Assembly: GCF_029953635.1 (NCBI RefSeq)
Contig: NZ_CP124543.1
Location: 5,719,802 to 5,751,801 of the forward strand
Reading direction: 5' to 3'
Source: Halotia branconii CENA392
Lineage (GTDB): Bacteria > Cyanobacteriota > Cyanobacteriia > Cyanobacteriales > Nostocaceae
Length of the DNA: 32,000 nt
The notes below the pieces were generated by a model, which was not told where the DNA came from, did no database searches, and saw only the letters and a program-made list of their open reading frames with translations. This document shows, piece by piece, positions 16,228-24,358 of the stretch. The stretch's first letter is position 1. Every line of letters starts with the position of its first letter. A program made the translations under genes and the position numbers.

Positions 16228-16512
16228 ATGACATCAGCATTAGTTAAACCCTCATCCTGGCTAGAGAATGGTATTCAAATTGAAAAAGTCAATAATCTGA
16301 ATCTATTTAAATTGACAGACGAATTGCAAGCTAGAATGCAAAAGCTTGTAGATAAAAAAACCGCTGATTCTCTGACATCAGAAGAAGCGGTTGAGATAGA
16401 AGCTATTGGGGAATTAGTGATAATTGTTAGCTACATCAATGGGATGATTGCTTCTGAAGCGCAAAAATCTCAGGGAACCGAAAACTGGGAACGGGAAACA
16501 GACAAAAACTAA
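16228..16512 (+). CDS. Small hypothetical protein (94 aa)
   Basis: The ATG at 16228 is preferred over the alternative start at 16153. The protein has a helical charged core (LTDELQARMQKLVDKKTADSLTSEEAVEIEAIGEL). A perfect palindromic terminator follows the ORF. Confidence 0.5.
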   Translation: MTSALVKPSSWLENGIQIEKVNNLNLFKLTDELQARMQKLVDKKTADSLTSEEAVEIEAIGELVIIVSYINGMIASEAQKSQGTENWERETDKN

Positions 16513-16525
16513 TAAATAGCTTTCC

Positions 16526-16558
16526 AGATCCCCGACTTTTTAAAAAAGTCGGGGATCT
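16526..16558. terminator. Perfect 33-nt palindrome between convergent genes; a bidirectional terminator candidate
   Basis: The sequence is AGATCCCCGACTTTTT-A-AAAAAGTCGGGGATCT. Every position pairs around the centre at 16542. The stem is GC-rich with A/T runs on both sides. Confidence 0.6.
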
Positions 16559-16567
16559 AACTAACTA

Positions 16568-16840
16568 TTACATCAAAATTTGACGGATTAAAATACTCAT
16601 CACTTCATCTGAGTTATTGGTTGGTAGCAGTGGACTCCAATCTCTAACGTTGGCGTAGCCAATCACCTGCAAATAGTGAATTGTACTGGTAACAGCTTTG
16701 GGTGAACCAATCAGTAAATGCTTGATCGGTTCTCTGTTGGAAAATGGATTTTCAGTTGATTGATTGGGAGTGGGAGTATCTAAATTTTCACCCAAGAACT
16801 GTTCTAATTTTGACTGGGCGGAATTTTCTAATTGTGCCAT
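16568..16840 (-). CDS. Small hypothetical protein (90 aa)
   Basis: The ATG at 16838-16840 (MAQLENSAQ...) is preferred over the longer ORF-track start. The conserved-looking core is IKHLLIGSPKAVTSTIHYLQVIGYANVRDWSPLLP. I do not recognise the family. Confidence 0.5.
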   Translation of the reverse strand: MAQLENSAQSKLEQFLGENLDTPTPNQSTENPFSNREPIKHLLIGSPKAVTSTIHYLQVIGYANVRDWSPLLPTNNSDEVMSILIRQILM

Positions 16841-17132
16841 GATGATAATTGTCTCTGATAAAGGGGCCAGATAAGGGCGATCGCATTCATCTTTGCGGGA
16901 TTGGGCGATCGCCTTTATCATGTCTTAATGTTAAAGTATAATTTTATACTTGTCAACTATAAATAACAAAATTATTGTTAACAATTCCCAAGTTTGAACG
17001 GCAGTTAACTAATAGTAATTCGTCTTGATATTAACGGTTATCATTTTTTTAATTTGATATTTCTCAAAAAAAATTGCTAGATATAGCTAATTTTTAGCCA
17101 ATCTAGCAAAACTGTAATTATTTACAGACAGT

Positions 17133-17861
17133 CTAATCTTGTGGTTCAATACCTGCTGCTCGCAATTGTGCAGCCAGGCGTTCAGCACGTTGCTTTTCTT
17201 GTTCAGCACGTTGACGTTCTTGTTCGACTAATTCAGAACCCCACAGTAATAGTCTGCTTTCATCCCACCAGCGCAACCAGTTTCCTGTGCGATTTTCACG
17301 CGTACCTTGCCACACCCCAAGGTAAAGATTCATTTCGGCTATCCAATAATGTTGATTGTTATTAGGAGTTTGTAAGCTATATCTACCTGTATTTTGATCT
17401 AAGCGATAAACTTCTAAATTGCCGCTAACTGGTTCAAAAATGGCGTAATTTGGTACTTGTAAGATGCACTCATAAAAAAACCATTTGCCAGGGGGATAAG
17501 TCGGTTTGCTGGAATATTCCCCACCATCTTTATCAGAAAGAAATTCTATGACAATTACGGGGATGTCTCCTTCTAATTGGGGAGTGTAACTGCGGATTAC
17601 TTCTTCTCTATTGACGGTAATTTTGGGAATGTATGCCCAGTCTGGGGCTTTAACAACTGTTTTGCCGTTTAAGTTAGCGCAGATGCCGTAATTTGTTGGT
17701 GTAAGTGCATCAGATGGGAGTTTTCCAGCTAGTTCTAGGCTTTCTGTGAGGGCTGCGGCTAAGGCTGGTTGGTTGATGTTGTCCACTGGATCATCTGGCA
17801 GTTTGTAATCATCGGGTAGTTTTTCCCAAGTGATTTGATAGTCTTGGGTGAGGGCTGTCAT
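17133..17861 (-). CDS. Uma2-family (DUF820) putative restriction-type endonuclease
   Basis: The layout is typical: N-terminal TWEKLPDDYKLPDDPVDN, a core with IVIEFLSD, and a C-terminal repeat ERQRAEQEKQRAERLAAQLRAAGIEP, which is common in cyanobacterial Uma2 proteins. Confidence 0.8.
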   Translation of the reverse strand: MTALTQDYQITWEKLPDDYKLPDDPVDNINQPALAAALTESLELAGKLPSDALTPTNYGICANLNGKTVVKAPDWAYIPKITVNREEVIRSYTPQLEGDIPVIVIEFLSDKDGGEYSSKPTYPPGKWFFYECILQVPNYAIFEPVSGNLEVYRLDQNTGRYSLQTPNNNQHYWIAEMNLYLGVWQGTRENRTGNWLRWWDESRLLLWGSELVEQERQRAEQEKQRAERLAAQLRAAGIEPQD

Positions 17862-18795
17862 GGCAGTTTTTCCTATAGGTGTTCTACATAAGCATCTCTC
17901 ATTAAAGGAGAAGGGTTTTAAAGTTAGGTTTTATATTAGGTTTGCTTGATTAGTTATTATTCTGAGCATCTATACAAAAATATTGAAAACCTCTTTCTCC
18001 CTGCTCCCTGCCCCCGGTCACTGAGCGTAGCCGAAGTGCTGCTCCCTGCGGTCTTAATGATAAGTATTTTACCGAACATGATATTACTCCTCATCTTCAT
18101 CCATCTCTAAATCGCTATCTTCTAGCGTTTGGTGTGGTATTGCTGCAATAATTGCATCTATTACTTTGGCAACTGGTAAAATCTCGATATCAAGATCGGG
18201 GAACTTTTGACCTTTAGGGACGATCGCTCGTTTAAATCCTAATTTAGCTGCTTCTTTTAACCGTAGTTCCATTTGAGAAACTGAACGTACCTGTCCGCCT
18301 AAACCCACTTCCCCGATTAAAACAGTACCTGGATCGACAATGCGATCGCGGAAACTAGCAACAATGGCAATAGCTATGCCTAAATCTACTGCCGGTTCTT
18401 CTACATTTAGCCCACCCGCAGAAGCGACGTAAGAATCTAACTTAGACATGGGAATCCCCACGCGTTTTTCTAAGACTGCTAAAATTTGCACCAAACGGTT
18501 ATAGTCTATACCAGTACCCGCACGACGAGGAGACGGGTAACTCGTAGGACTAACAAGCGCTTGCAACTCCACAACAATTGGACGAGTACCTTCACAAGCA
18601 ACTACAATCGCCGTACCTGGGGCTGGATCATCACGATTGCCCAAAAATAGCTCTGAAGGGTTGGCAACTTCTCGTAGTCCTTGGGATACCATTTCAAAGA
18701 TACCGATTTCGTGAGTTGCGCCAAAGCGGTTTTTTACTGTTCTTAATAACCGATGAGAGGCAAAGCGATCGCCTTCAAAATACAGTACTGTATCT

Positions 18796-20248
18796 CAATA
18801 CCTCTGCCAAATTACGAGGGTTCAACGCCCGTAGAAACGGGATGAATGCGTCCTAAAGAAGTAAGCTTGGCAAAAATCTGGTTTAATAAAATAGGCTCAG
18901 GGATTTCTGGAAGCATTTTTAAAATTTCATGGATATATCGAAAGCCACGATAATGAGCCTTAAGGTCAATAATGCCGGAGCCGGGATTAATGAGGCGAAA
19001 ATCAGCGAGAAGATGATGAGATAAATTAACCATAAAAAATGCGAAATTAGCAGCGTTAGTTACCGCAGTTTGCCTCAGATTCATAAAATCTTCCAACCCC
19101 CAAAACTGCTTTGCATCACGGAAGTTAAACTCGATTTGAAAGCGGAGTTTGTAATAATCAATTATTTTTTCAAATGATAATTCCAGGTCACTGGAGAATA
19201 GAACTACATGGCTACGAACATTAGTCTTAAGATTGGTTTTGACTAAAATCACTACATTTAGAGCTTGGGCAAATTCTTTGTGAAGGAGAGTGGCTTGATA
19301 AATATCACTTTGAATCTCATCCTCAATGCTACTTTTAGATAAATATTTGTCAGGTATATTACTATAGTCTAGTTTGTCACCGTATTTACGACGAGAGCGT
19401 TTATGATAGTCAGGATTTTCATAAGGGATATATAATGCTGAATCGTGGCGCAACTTGGAAATTATGTGCAAGTTCACTTGTCGTGCCATCTGTAAAGCGT
19501 TGTTGTTACCAAAATGACCATCTACTACCAAGTATGTTAGGGGAATAAAATTAGCTACTAACTTGAATAGTGAATTAATCATCTTTTTAATTAGCAATAG
19601 TTCAGATGTGAATATCACTTCGGTTTTATTTTTGTTTTTACTCCCTTTTGGTCGTCCACGTCCACGTTTTTCTTTGGTTTTTATTTTTTCGCTTGACAAC
19701 TGAATATTTGTTTTAGTATTACTCTTGATTACTTGTTCTATTTGAATCGGAAATGACTGTCTTTGCTCAACACTTACTAACGACAAGACAAAGAAAGATA
19801 GCCCTGATATAGGTTTGTTTACTAGGCTAGAGAAGAATCTATCCAACCCATAAGTCTGTTTACCCGACTTGCTGACTACAACTTCATCTCCGGCAAGCAA
19901 ATATACTTCATCCTTTCGCCATAAATGTTTACGAAAAAACAGCCAAAACAATGTTGCCCAAGGTATTACTGTATGAAAAAATCTCAACATTGTCCGATAA
20001 CTACCACCAATGTCTGTCCAACGAGAAATTCCCAACATGGTGGCTCGGCCGCTCATTGCTAACATGGCCATGATGATCTGGTTCATTCGGCGCATCGTCG
20101 TAGCGTTGATCTGCGGTAGCAGGCATTGTAACAGTGATAGGATGTCCAACATGGGCGAATTGTAGCTTTTGAGTTGTCGTTTGGGAAGACAACAACTCTA
20201 CTACAAAGCGCCCTCTCTCTTCATACTCTTTTTTTGGCGAAGGTATTG
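18796..20248 (-). mobile_element. Insertion sequence of 1453 bp, IS4-family type, unrelated to the IS at 10400
   Basis: The ends are CAATACCTCTGCCAAA (18796-) and TTTGGCGAAGGTATTG (-20248), which form imperfect inverted repeats. The element is flanked by the direct 6-bp duplication GTATCT (18790-18795 and 20249-20254). Confidence 0.8.
18812..20152 (-). CDS. IS4-family DDE transposase
   Basis: It is a 446-aa ORF filling the IS. The Y-2-R-3-E-6-K signature is readable in YKLRFQIEFNFRDAK. Confidence 0.85.
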   Translation of the reverse strand: MLDILSLLQCLLPQINATTMRRMNQIIMAMLAMSGRATMLGISRWTDIGGSYRTMLRFFHTVIPWATLFWLFFRKHLWRKDEVYLLAGDEVVVSKSGKQTYGLDRFFSSLVNKPISGLSFFVLSLVSVEQRQSFPIQIEQVIKSNTKTNIQLSSEKIKTKEKRGRGRPKGSKNKNKTEVIFTSELLLIKKMINSLFKLVANFIPLTYLVVDGHFGNNNALQMARQVNLHIISKLRHDSALYIPYENPDYHKRSRRKYGDKLDYSNIPDKYLSKSSIEDEIQSDIYQATLLHKEFAQALNVVILVKTNLKTNVRSHVVLFSSDLELSFEKIIDYYKLRFQIEFNFRDAKQFWGLEDFMNLRQTAVTNAANFAFFMVNLSHHLLADFRLINPGSGIIDLKAHYRGFRYIHEILKMLPEIPEPILLNQIFAKLTSLGRIHPVSTGVEPS

Positions 20249-21103
20249 GTATCTACTAAATGTTCTAAGACTTTCGGCCCCGCGATCGCTCCTTCTTTGG
20301 TGACATGTCCCACAATTAACATGGTGATATCTTCGTGTTTAGCTACCTTCATCAAGGCCGCCGTACATTCTCTTACTTGGGCTACAGAACCGGGCGCAGA
20401 GGTGAGTGCTGGAAAAAACACAGTTTGAATACTATCGATAACTGCCAAATTTGGTCGCAGGGATTCTATTTCCCGTAAAATTTCTTCTAAATCTGTTTCT
20501 GGCAATATATATAAATCTGCATTTATATTCTCGTCATCAGCTGTTGGGGCTTGGTCATGTTCTTCGGATGTTTCAAAATCAGCAATTTCTAATACTTCAC
20601 CATCCTCATCGCTTAGTTCATCTTGAGAATGGGAAACTCCCAAACGAGAAGCGCGTAATTTAACTTGTTGTCCTGATTCTTCCCCAGTAACGTAAAGGAT
20701 ACGGTATCTCTGCGCTAGTTGATTTGATACTTGTAACAGTAAAGTAGATTTACCAATTCCTGGATCACCACCAATTAGCACCATCGAACCGGGAACAACC
20801 CCACCACCAAGCACCCGATCTAGTTCACCATAACCAGATTCCCAACGAGCAATTTGGCGATCGCTAATTTGATCAAATGTCAGAGAAGCTCTAGGTTTTG
20901 CCGGTTTAGCAGCAGGTTTACCATTATTTTGGTTTGCCTGCCAACCACTGACTATTCCCCGACTGGGTATATCCACTGAAGATTGGATGGAAATTTGTTC
21001 TTCTAGAGAGTTATAAGTACCACAGGCTGGACACTTACCAAACCACTGAGAAGATTCTGCTCCGCACTCATTACAAGTGAAAAAAGTTTTAGGCTTTGCC
21101 ATT

Positions 21104-21124
21104 CTTAAATCTTAAATCTTAAAT
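21104..21124. repeat. Heptamer array TCTTAAA x3 abutting the radA start codon
   Basis: It can be read directly. On the minus strand the sequence is TTTAAGA x3 followed immediately by the radA ATG (21100-21102). Confidence 0.75.
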
Positions 21125-21287
21125 ATTATTAATTAATCTTAATTTTTCCTTAAGGTTTGGTCAAAACTAAAATCCAATTAATAGTAGTAGTTACGGCTTT
21201 TTTTCAATCAATTGATGGAATGATATCTTAATATTATGGTATTAAAAATTAATCATGAGAAGTTTTAGTTAAGGAGCATTGTGAAAC

Positions 21288-22016
21288 TTGGAAAGTCATA
21301 AAGAAAAAATCCTGGTGGTAGACGACGAAGCCAGCATTCGCCGGATTTTGGAAACGCGCCTTTCCATGATTGGCTACGATGTAGTGACGGCTGGCGACGG
21401 GGAAGAAGCTTTGGACACTTTTCGCAAAGCTGAACCTGACTTAGTGGTTTTGGATGTAATGATGCCAAAGCTAGATGGCTATGGCGTGTGTCAAGAATTA
21501 CGTAAAGAGTCAGATGTCCCAATTATTATGCTAACAGCATTGGGAGACGTAGCCGATCGCATCACCGGTTTAGAATTGGGCGCTGATGACTACGTAGTTA
21601 AACCATTTTCCCCCAAAGAGTTAGAAGCGCGGATTCGCTCAGTGCTACGTCGAGTAGACAAAACTGGGGCTTCTGGGATTCCTAGCTCTGGTGTCATCCA
21701 TGTGGGGAATATTAAAATTGATACGAATAAGCGACAAGTCTACAAAGGCGATGAGCGCATTCGATTGACAGGAATGGAATTTAGCTTATTAGAGTTGCTA
21801 GTCAGTCGCTCTGGAGAAGCTTTTTCTCGTTCGGAAATTTTACAAGAGGTATGGGGTTATACACCAGAACGCCATGTTGATACTCGTGTAGTAGATGTGC
21901 ATATCTCTCGGTTGCGGGCAAAATTGGAAGATGATCCCAGCAACCCAGAATTAATTCTTACAGCAAGAGGTACTGGTTATTTATTTCAGCGAATTATCGA
22001 ACCAGGGGAAGAGTGA
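21288..22016 (+). CDS. rpaB: OmpR-family response regulator RpaB (Ycf27-type)
   Basis: The sequence MESHKEKILVVDDEASIRRILETRLSMIGYDVVTA...VLDVMMPKLDGYGVCQELRKESDVPIIMLTALGDVADRITGLELGADDYVVKPFSPKELEARI closely follows RpaB. It has a winged-helix C-terminus. The TTG start at 21288 is the first possible start after the in-frame TGA at 21282. Confidence 0.85.
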   Translation: MESHKEKILVVDDEASIRRILETRLSMIGYDVVTAGDGEEALDTFRKAEPDLVVLDVMMPKLDGYGVCQELRKESDVPIIMLTALGDVADRITGLELGADDYVVKPFSPKELEARIRSVLRRVDKTGASGIPSSGVIHVGNIKIDTNKRQVYKGDERIRLTGMEFSLLELLVSRSGEAFSRSEILQEVWGYTPERHVDTRVVDVHISRLRAKLEDDPSNPELILTARGTGYLFQRIIEPGEE

Positions 22017-22132
22017 AGTGAGCAGGGGAGGTAGGGGAGCAGGGAGCAGGGAGAAATAGGTAATTTTTTTATCCCCCGATCATTGAGCGTAGCCGAAGTG
22101 TGCACCCCGCACCCTGCCCCAATTCCTCTTTA

Positions 22133-22181
22133 TCATGCCCAATGCCCAATGCCTCATGCCCCATTCCCAATAACCAATGAC
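22133..22181. repeat. STRR-type heptamer array (TCATGCC CAATGCC CAATGCC TCATGCC CCATTCC CAATAAC CAATGAC)
   Basis: Seven consecutive 7-nt units can be read directly. The last unit contains the ATG at 22177. The unit family and architecture match the array at 5569-5617. Confidence 0.85.
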
Positions 22182-22830
22182 CAAATCTGATCCCAATTTA
22201 ATTTTGCGGCGCTTACCCATTGTTGTCGGGGGGTTAGGCGCTGTACTTTTGTTGATTAATCGTTTGTTGACAACAGAACTCACTGAGTCGCAATCGCGTG
22301 GAGATGTGCTGGGTGTAATTCTAAGTGCAGTGTTGATTTTAACAGGTTTGATTTGGCAACAAGTACAGCCGCGATCGCCTGAATCTGTAGAATTAATTGG
22401 GGAACAAGGTTTTGTATTAGCAGCAGATTTGCCAGAAGCCGTGAAAACAGAATTAGCCTGGGCATCTCATTTATTGTTAACTAATACAGTGACGCGATCG
22501 CTGGTAGTTTTTTATCAAGGCAAAGTTTTGTTACGTCGCGGTATTCTGGCTACTAAATCTGAACTAGTACCAGGGTCAATTTTAAAACGGGTATTAGAAA
22601 AACACCAGCCAGTTTATTTAGTTAACCTAAATATATATCCTGGCAAAATCGAATTTGATTACTTACCAGAAAACACTCAAGGGGTAATTTGTCAACCAAT
22701 TGGTAATCAGGGTGTATTAATTTTGGGGGCGAATGCTCCTCGTAGTTACACAAAACAAGATGAAAATTGGATTGCAGGTATTGCTGATAAATTAGCAGTT
22801 ACTCTTCAAGAATTAGAAGTTAGAAGTTAA
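22177..22830 (+). CDS. Probable cofactor assembly of complex C subunit B-like protein (CCB2/CCB4-type, DUF2930)
   Basis: It is a 217-aa protein with two N-terminal TM helices (LPIVVGGLGAVLLLINRLL and VLGVILSAVLILTGLIW) and a soluble C-terminal domain. The size and layout fit the cyanobacterial CCB family. The assignment is from memory of that pattern. Confidence 0.45.
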   Translation: MTKSDPNLILRRLPIVVGGLGAVLLLINRLLTTELTESQSRGDVLGVILSAVLILTGLIWQQVQPRSPESVELIGEQGFVLAADLPEAVKTELAWASHLLLTNTVTRSLVVFYQGKVLLRRGILATKSELVPGSILKRVLEKHQPVYLVNLNIYPGKIEFDYLPENTQGVICQPIGNQGVLILGANAPRSYTKQDENWIAGIADKLAVTLQELEVRS

Positions 22831-22866
22831 CGATTACGAATTACGAATTACAAATTATGCAAATTA
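22811..22866. repeat. Degenerate heptamer array (AATTAGA AGTTAGA AGTTAAC GATTACG AATTACG AATTACA AATTATG CAAATTA)
   Basis: It can be read directly. The array includes the last codons and the TAA of the upstream gene (22828-22830) and the ATG (22857) of the downstream gene. Confidence 0.7.
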
Positions 22867-23375
22867 TTTATTGGCTATTATTAGCTTTAATGATTGTGGG
22901 TGTAATTGGTGCTGTAGTTCCCGCCATTCCCGGTAGCAGTTTAATTTTAATTGGGATAATCATTTGGGGAATAGTTAGTAGTTCTTTTGCAGCGATTAAA
23001 ATACCACTTATTGTTACAGTTATTGTTTTACTTTTGAGTATTGGCGTAGATTTTTCAGCTAGTTACTTGGGAGCAAGACAAGCAGGGGCGAGTAAATGGG
23101 GACAAATAGGTGCGATCGTTGGTTTAATAGTAGGATTTTTAGGATTATTGCCAACTTTACCTTTTGGTGGCCCGTTACTCGGAATTTTATTAGGGCCACT
23201 ACTAGGAGCAATTATTGGTGAATTTATTTTCCGACGTGATTTATGGTTAGCAACTAAGGCTGGTGTGGGAATTGTGGTAGGCTCGTTGATAGGAAATTTG
23301 ATTCAGGGTTTATTGGCTGTTGCAGCAGTTGTAGTTTTTGTAGTTACAACTTGGCCACAAGTATTTGGAACATAG
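22857..23375 (+). CDS. DUF456-type small integral membrane protein
   Basis: It is 172 aa and almost entirely hydrophobic and glycine-rich (VPAIPGSSLILIGIIIWG..., GGPLLGILLGPLLGAIIGEF), matching the DUF456 pattern. Confidence 0.6.
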   Translation: MQIIYWLLLALMIVGVIGAVVPAIPGSSLILIGIIIWGIVSSSFAAIKIPLIVTVIVLLLSIGVDFSASYLGARQAGASKWGQIGAIVGLIVGFLGLLPTLPFGGPLLGILLGPLLGAIIGEFIFRRDLWLATKAGVGIVVGSLIGNLIQGLLAVAAVVVFVVTTWPQVFGT

Positions 23376-23458
23376 CATTAGGAAATATCCCAATTAAAAG
23401 ATGAATTAAAGCGTCAAAGTGGGAAAAAGTGTGTTCTTTTTACTGGTAGTTAGGAACT

Positions 23459-23524
23459 CTAACTCTGTTTTAGTGCTGTAGCATAAATCTCCTCGGCTTC
23501 GGCAGATAAAACAACCCTATACAT
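23459..23524 (-). pseudogene. Truncated RelE/ParE-type toxin remnant (21 codons)
   Basis: The ATG at 23522-23524 overlaps the antitoxin stop. It encodes MYRVVLSAEAEEIYATALKQS*, a typical toxin N-terminus. The rest is missing, with only about 85 bp before the neighbouring gene. Confidence 0.45.
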
Positions 23525-23747
23525 CAGACCGAATTGTTCTCCAGTTTTTTACCCGACTCTCAGCAATATCTTTTTTACTCCTTTCAAAAGATTCAATAAA
23601 TCCAGGGATATCAAGCAACTCTTGGGTAGCATCTTCACTCTCTTTATTTGCAAGATACGCTAAAAAATCAGCAACCAGTTCTAGGCGTTCAGAAGATAAT
23701 TTATCTAAATATTGATTAATTTGCTGATGAACTTCTGTGTTATTCAT
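23517..23747 (-). CDS. Putative type II antitoxin, intact
   Basis: It is a 76-aa protein (LSSERLELVADFLAYLANKESEDATQELLDIPGFIESFERSKKDIAESRVKNWRTIRSDV) of the kind usually paired with RelE/ParE toxins in cyanobacteria. Confidence 0.5.
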   Translation of the reverse strand: MNNTEVHQQINQYLDKLSSERLELVADFLAYLANKESEDATQELLDIPGFIESFERSKKDIAESRVKNWRTIRSDV

Positions 23748-23770
23748 AATTTTTCGCTAATCTTTTATTC

Positions 23771-24019
23771 TTAACTTTGAGAATCTTGCCTTTTTTTATC
23801 CGCTTGCTCAACACGCTGCCTAATCGCTTCTTCTGCTATGCGAATATTTTCTTCAATTGGTGTACCATCTTCAGCCACCATTGGGCCGTACCATCTCGCT
23901 TCCGAATCGGGAGGATTGCGGCGACCAAACAAGACACGAATAGCCTCATCATCATCTCGGTGTGCCAGTATATAAGCTATCAATTCTTTGTTAGTCATAG
24001 CTTCAAACTTAGGTTTCAT
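23771..24019 (-). CDS. Small conserved-looking hypothetical protein (82 aa), second gene of a coupled pair
   Basis: The N-terminal motif MTNKELIAYILAHRDDDEA followed by RRNPPDSEA recalls a widespread small cyanobacterial family, possibly the one catalogued as DUF6887 (unverified). Its ATG directly abuts the upstream stop (TGAATG). Confidence 0.6.
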   Translation of the reverse strand: MKPKFEAMTNKELIAYILAHRDDDEAIRVLFGRRNPPDSEARWYGPMVAEDGTPIEENIRIAEEAIRQRVEQADKKRQDSQS

Positions 24020-24274
24020 TCAAAACCTCCAGAGTCCAGTAGGGGGTACGATAATTTCAATATTTTCGCTTGCCAAAATATACACATCTCTAGTTTGGAT
24101 TTCAAAACGAAACAGGTGTATATCTTTGTAAGTGTTTGATAACATTTGGCAGACATGCACACAGGCTTGTGCTTGATCATTTGTAGGACTTATCGTCTGT
24201 TCCTCAATTGTGACATAGATAATAATAAGACCCAGATGTTCACTGCTTAGAACCCCAGATTGCGAAAAAAACAA
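24020..24274 (-). CDS. Small hypothetical protein (up to 84 aa), first gene of the coupled pair
   Basis: The core PTNDQAQACVHVCQMLSNTYKDIHLFRFEIQTRDVYILASENIEIIVPPTGLWRF resembles the usual partner family, possibly DUF6888 (unverified). The true start is uncertain, and the ATG at 24274 may be too far upstream. Confidence 0.5.
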   Translation of the reverse strand: MFFSQSGVLSSEHLGLIIIYVTIEEQTISPTNDQAQACVHVCQMLSNTYKDIHLFRFEIQTRDVYILASENIEIIVPPTGLWRF

Positions 24275-24358
24275 AGTTTATTGAATATTTTGCGGATTTT
24301 GTCAGAAGTAGATTGTGGTTAAGCAATAATAATTGCATTTGCCAATAAAAATATACTT

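Larger units (their letters stand above)
18084..21102 (-). pseudogene. radA: DNA repair protein RadA/Sms, interrupted by an IS element
   Basis: The N-terminal fragment (21102..20249) has the C4 zinc ribbon CNECGAESSQWFGKCPACG and Walker A GDPGIGKST, and ends ...LEHLVDT. The C-terminal fragment (18789..18084) reads VLYFEGDRFASHRLLRTVKNRFGATHEIGIFEM... with the KNRFG motif and a Lon-like domain. The joined frame is 520 codons. Confidence 0.85.
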
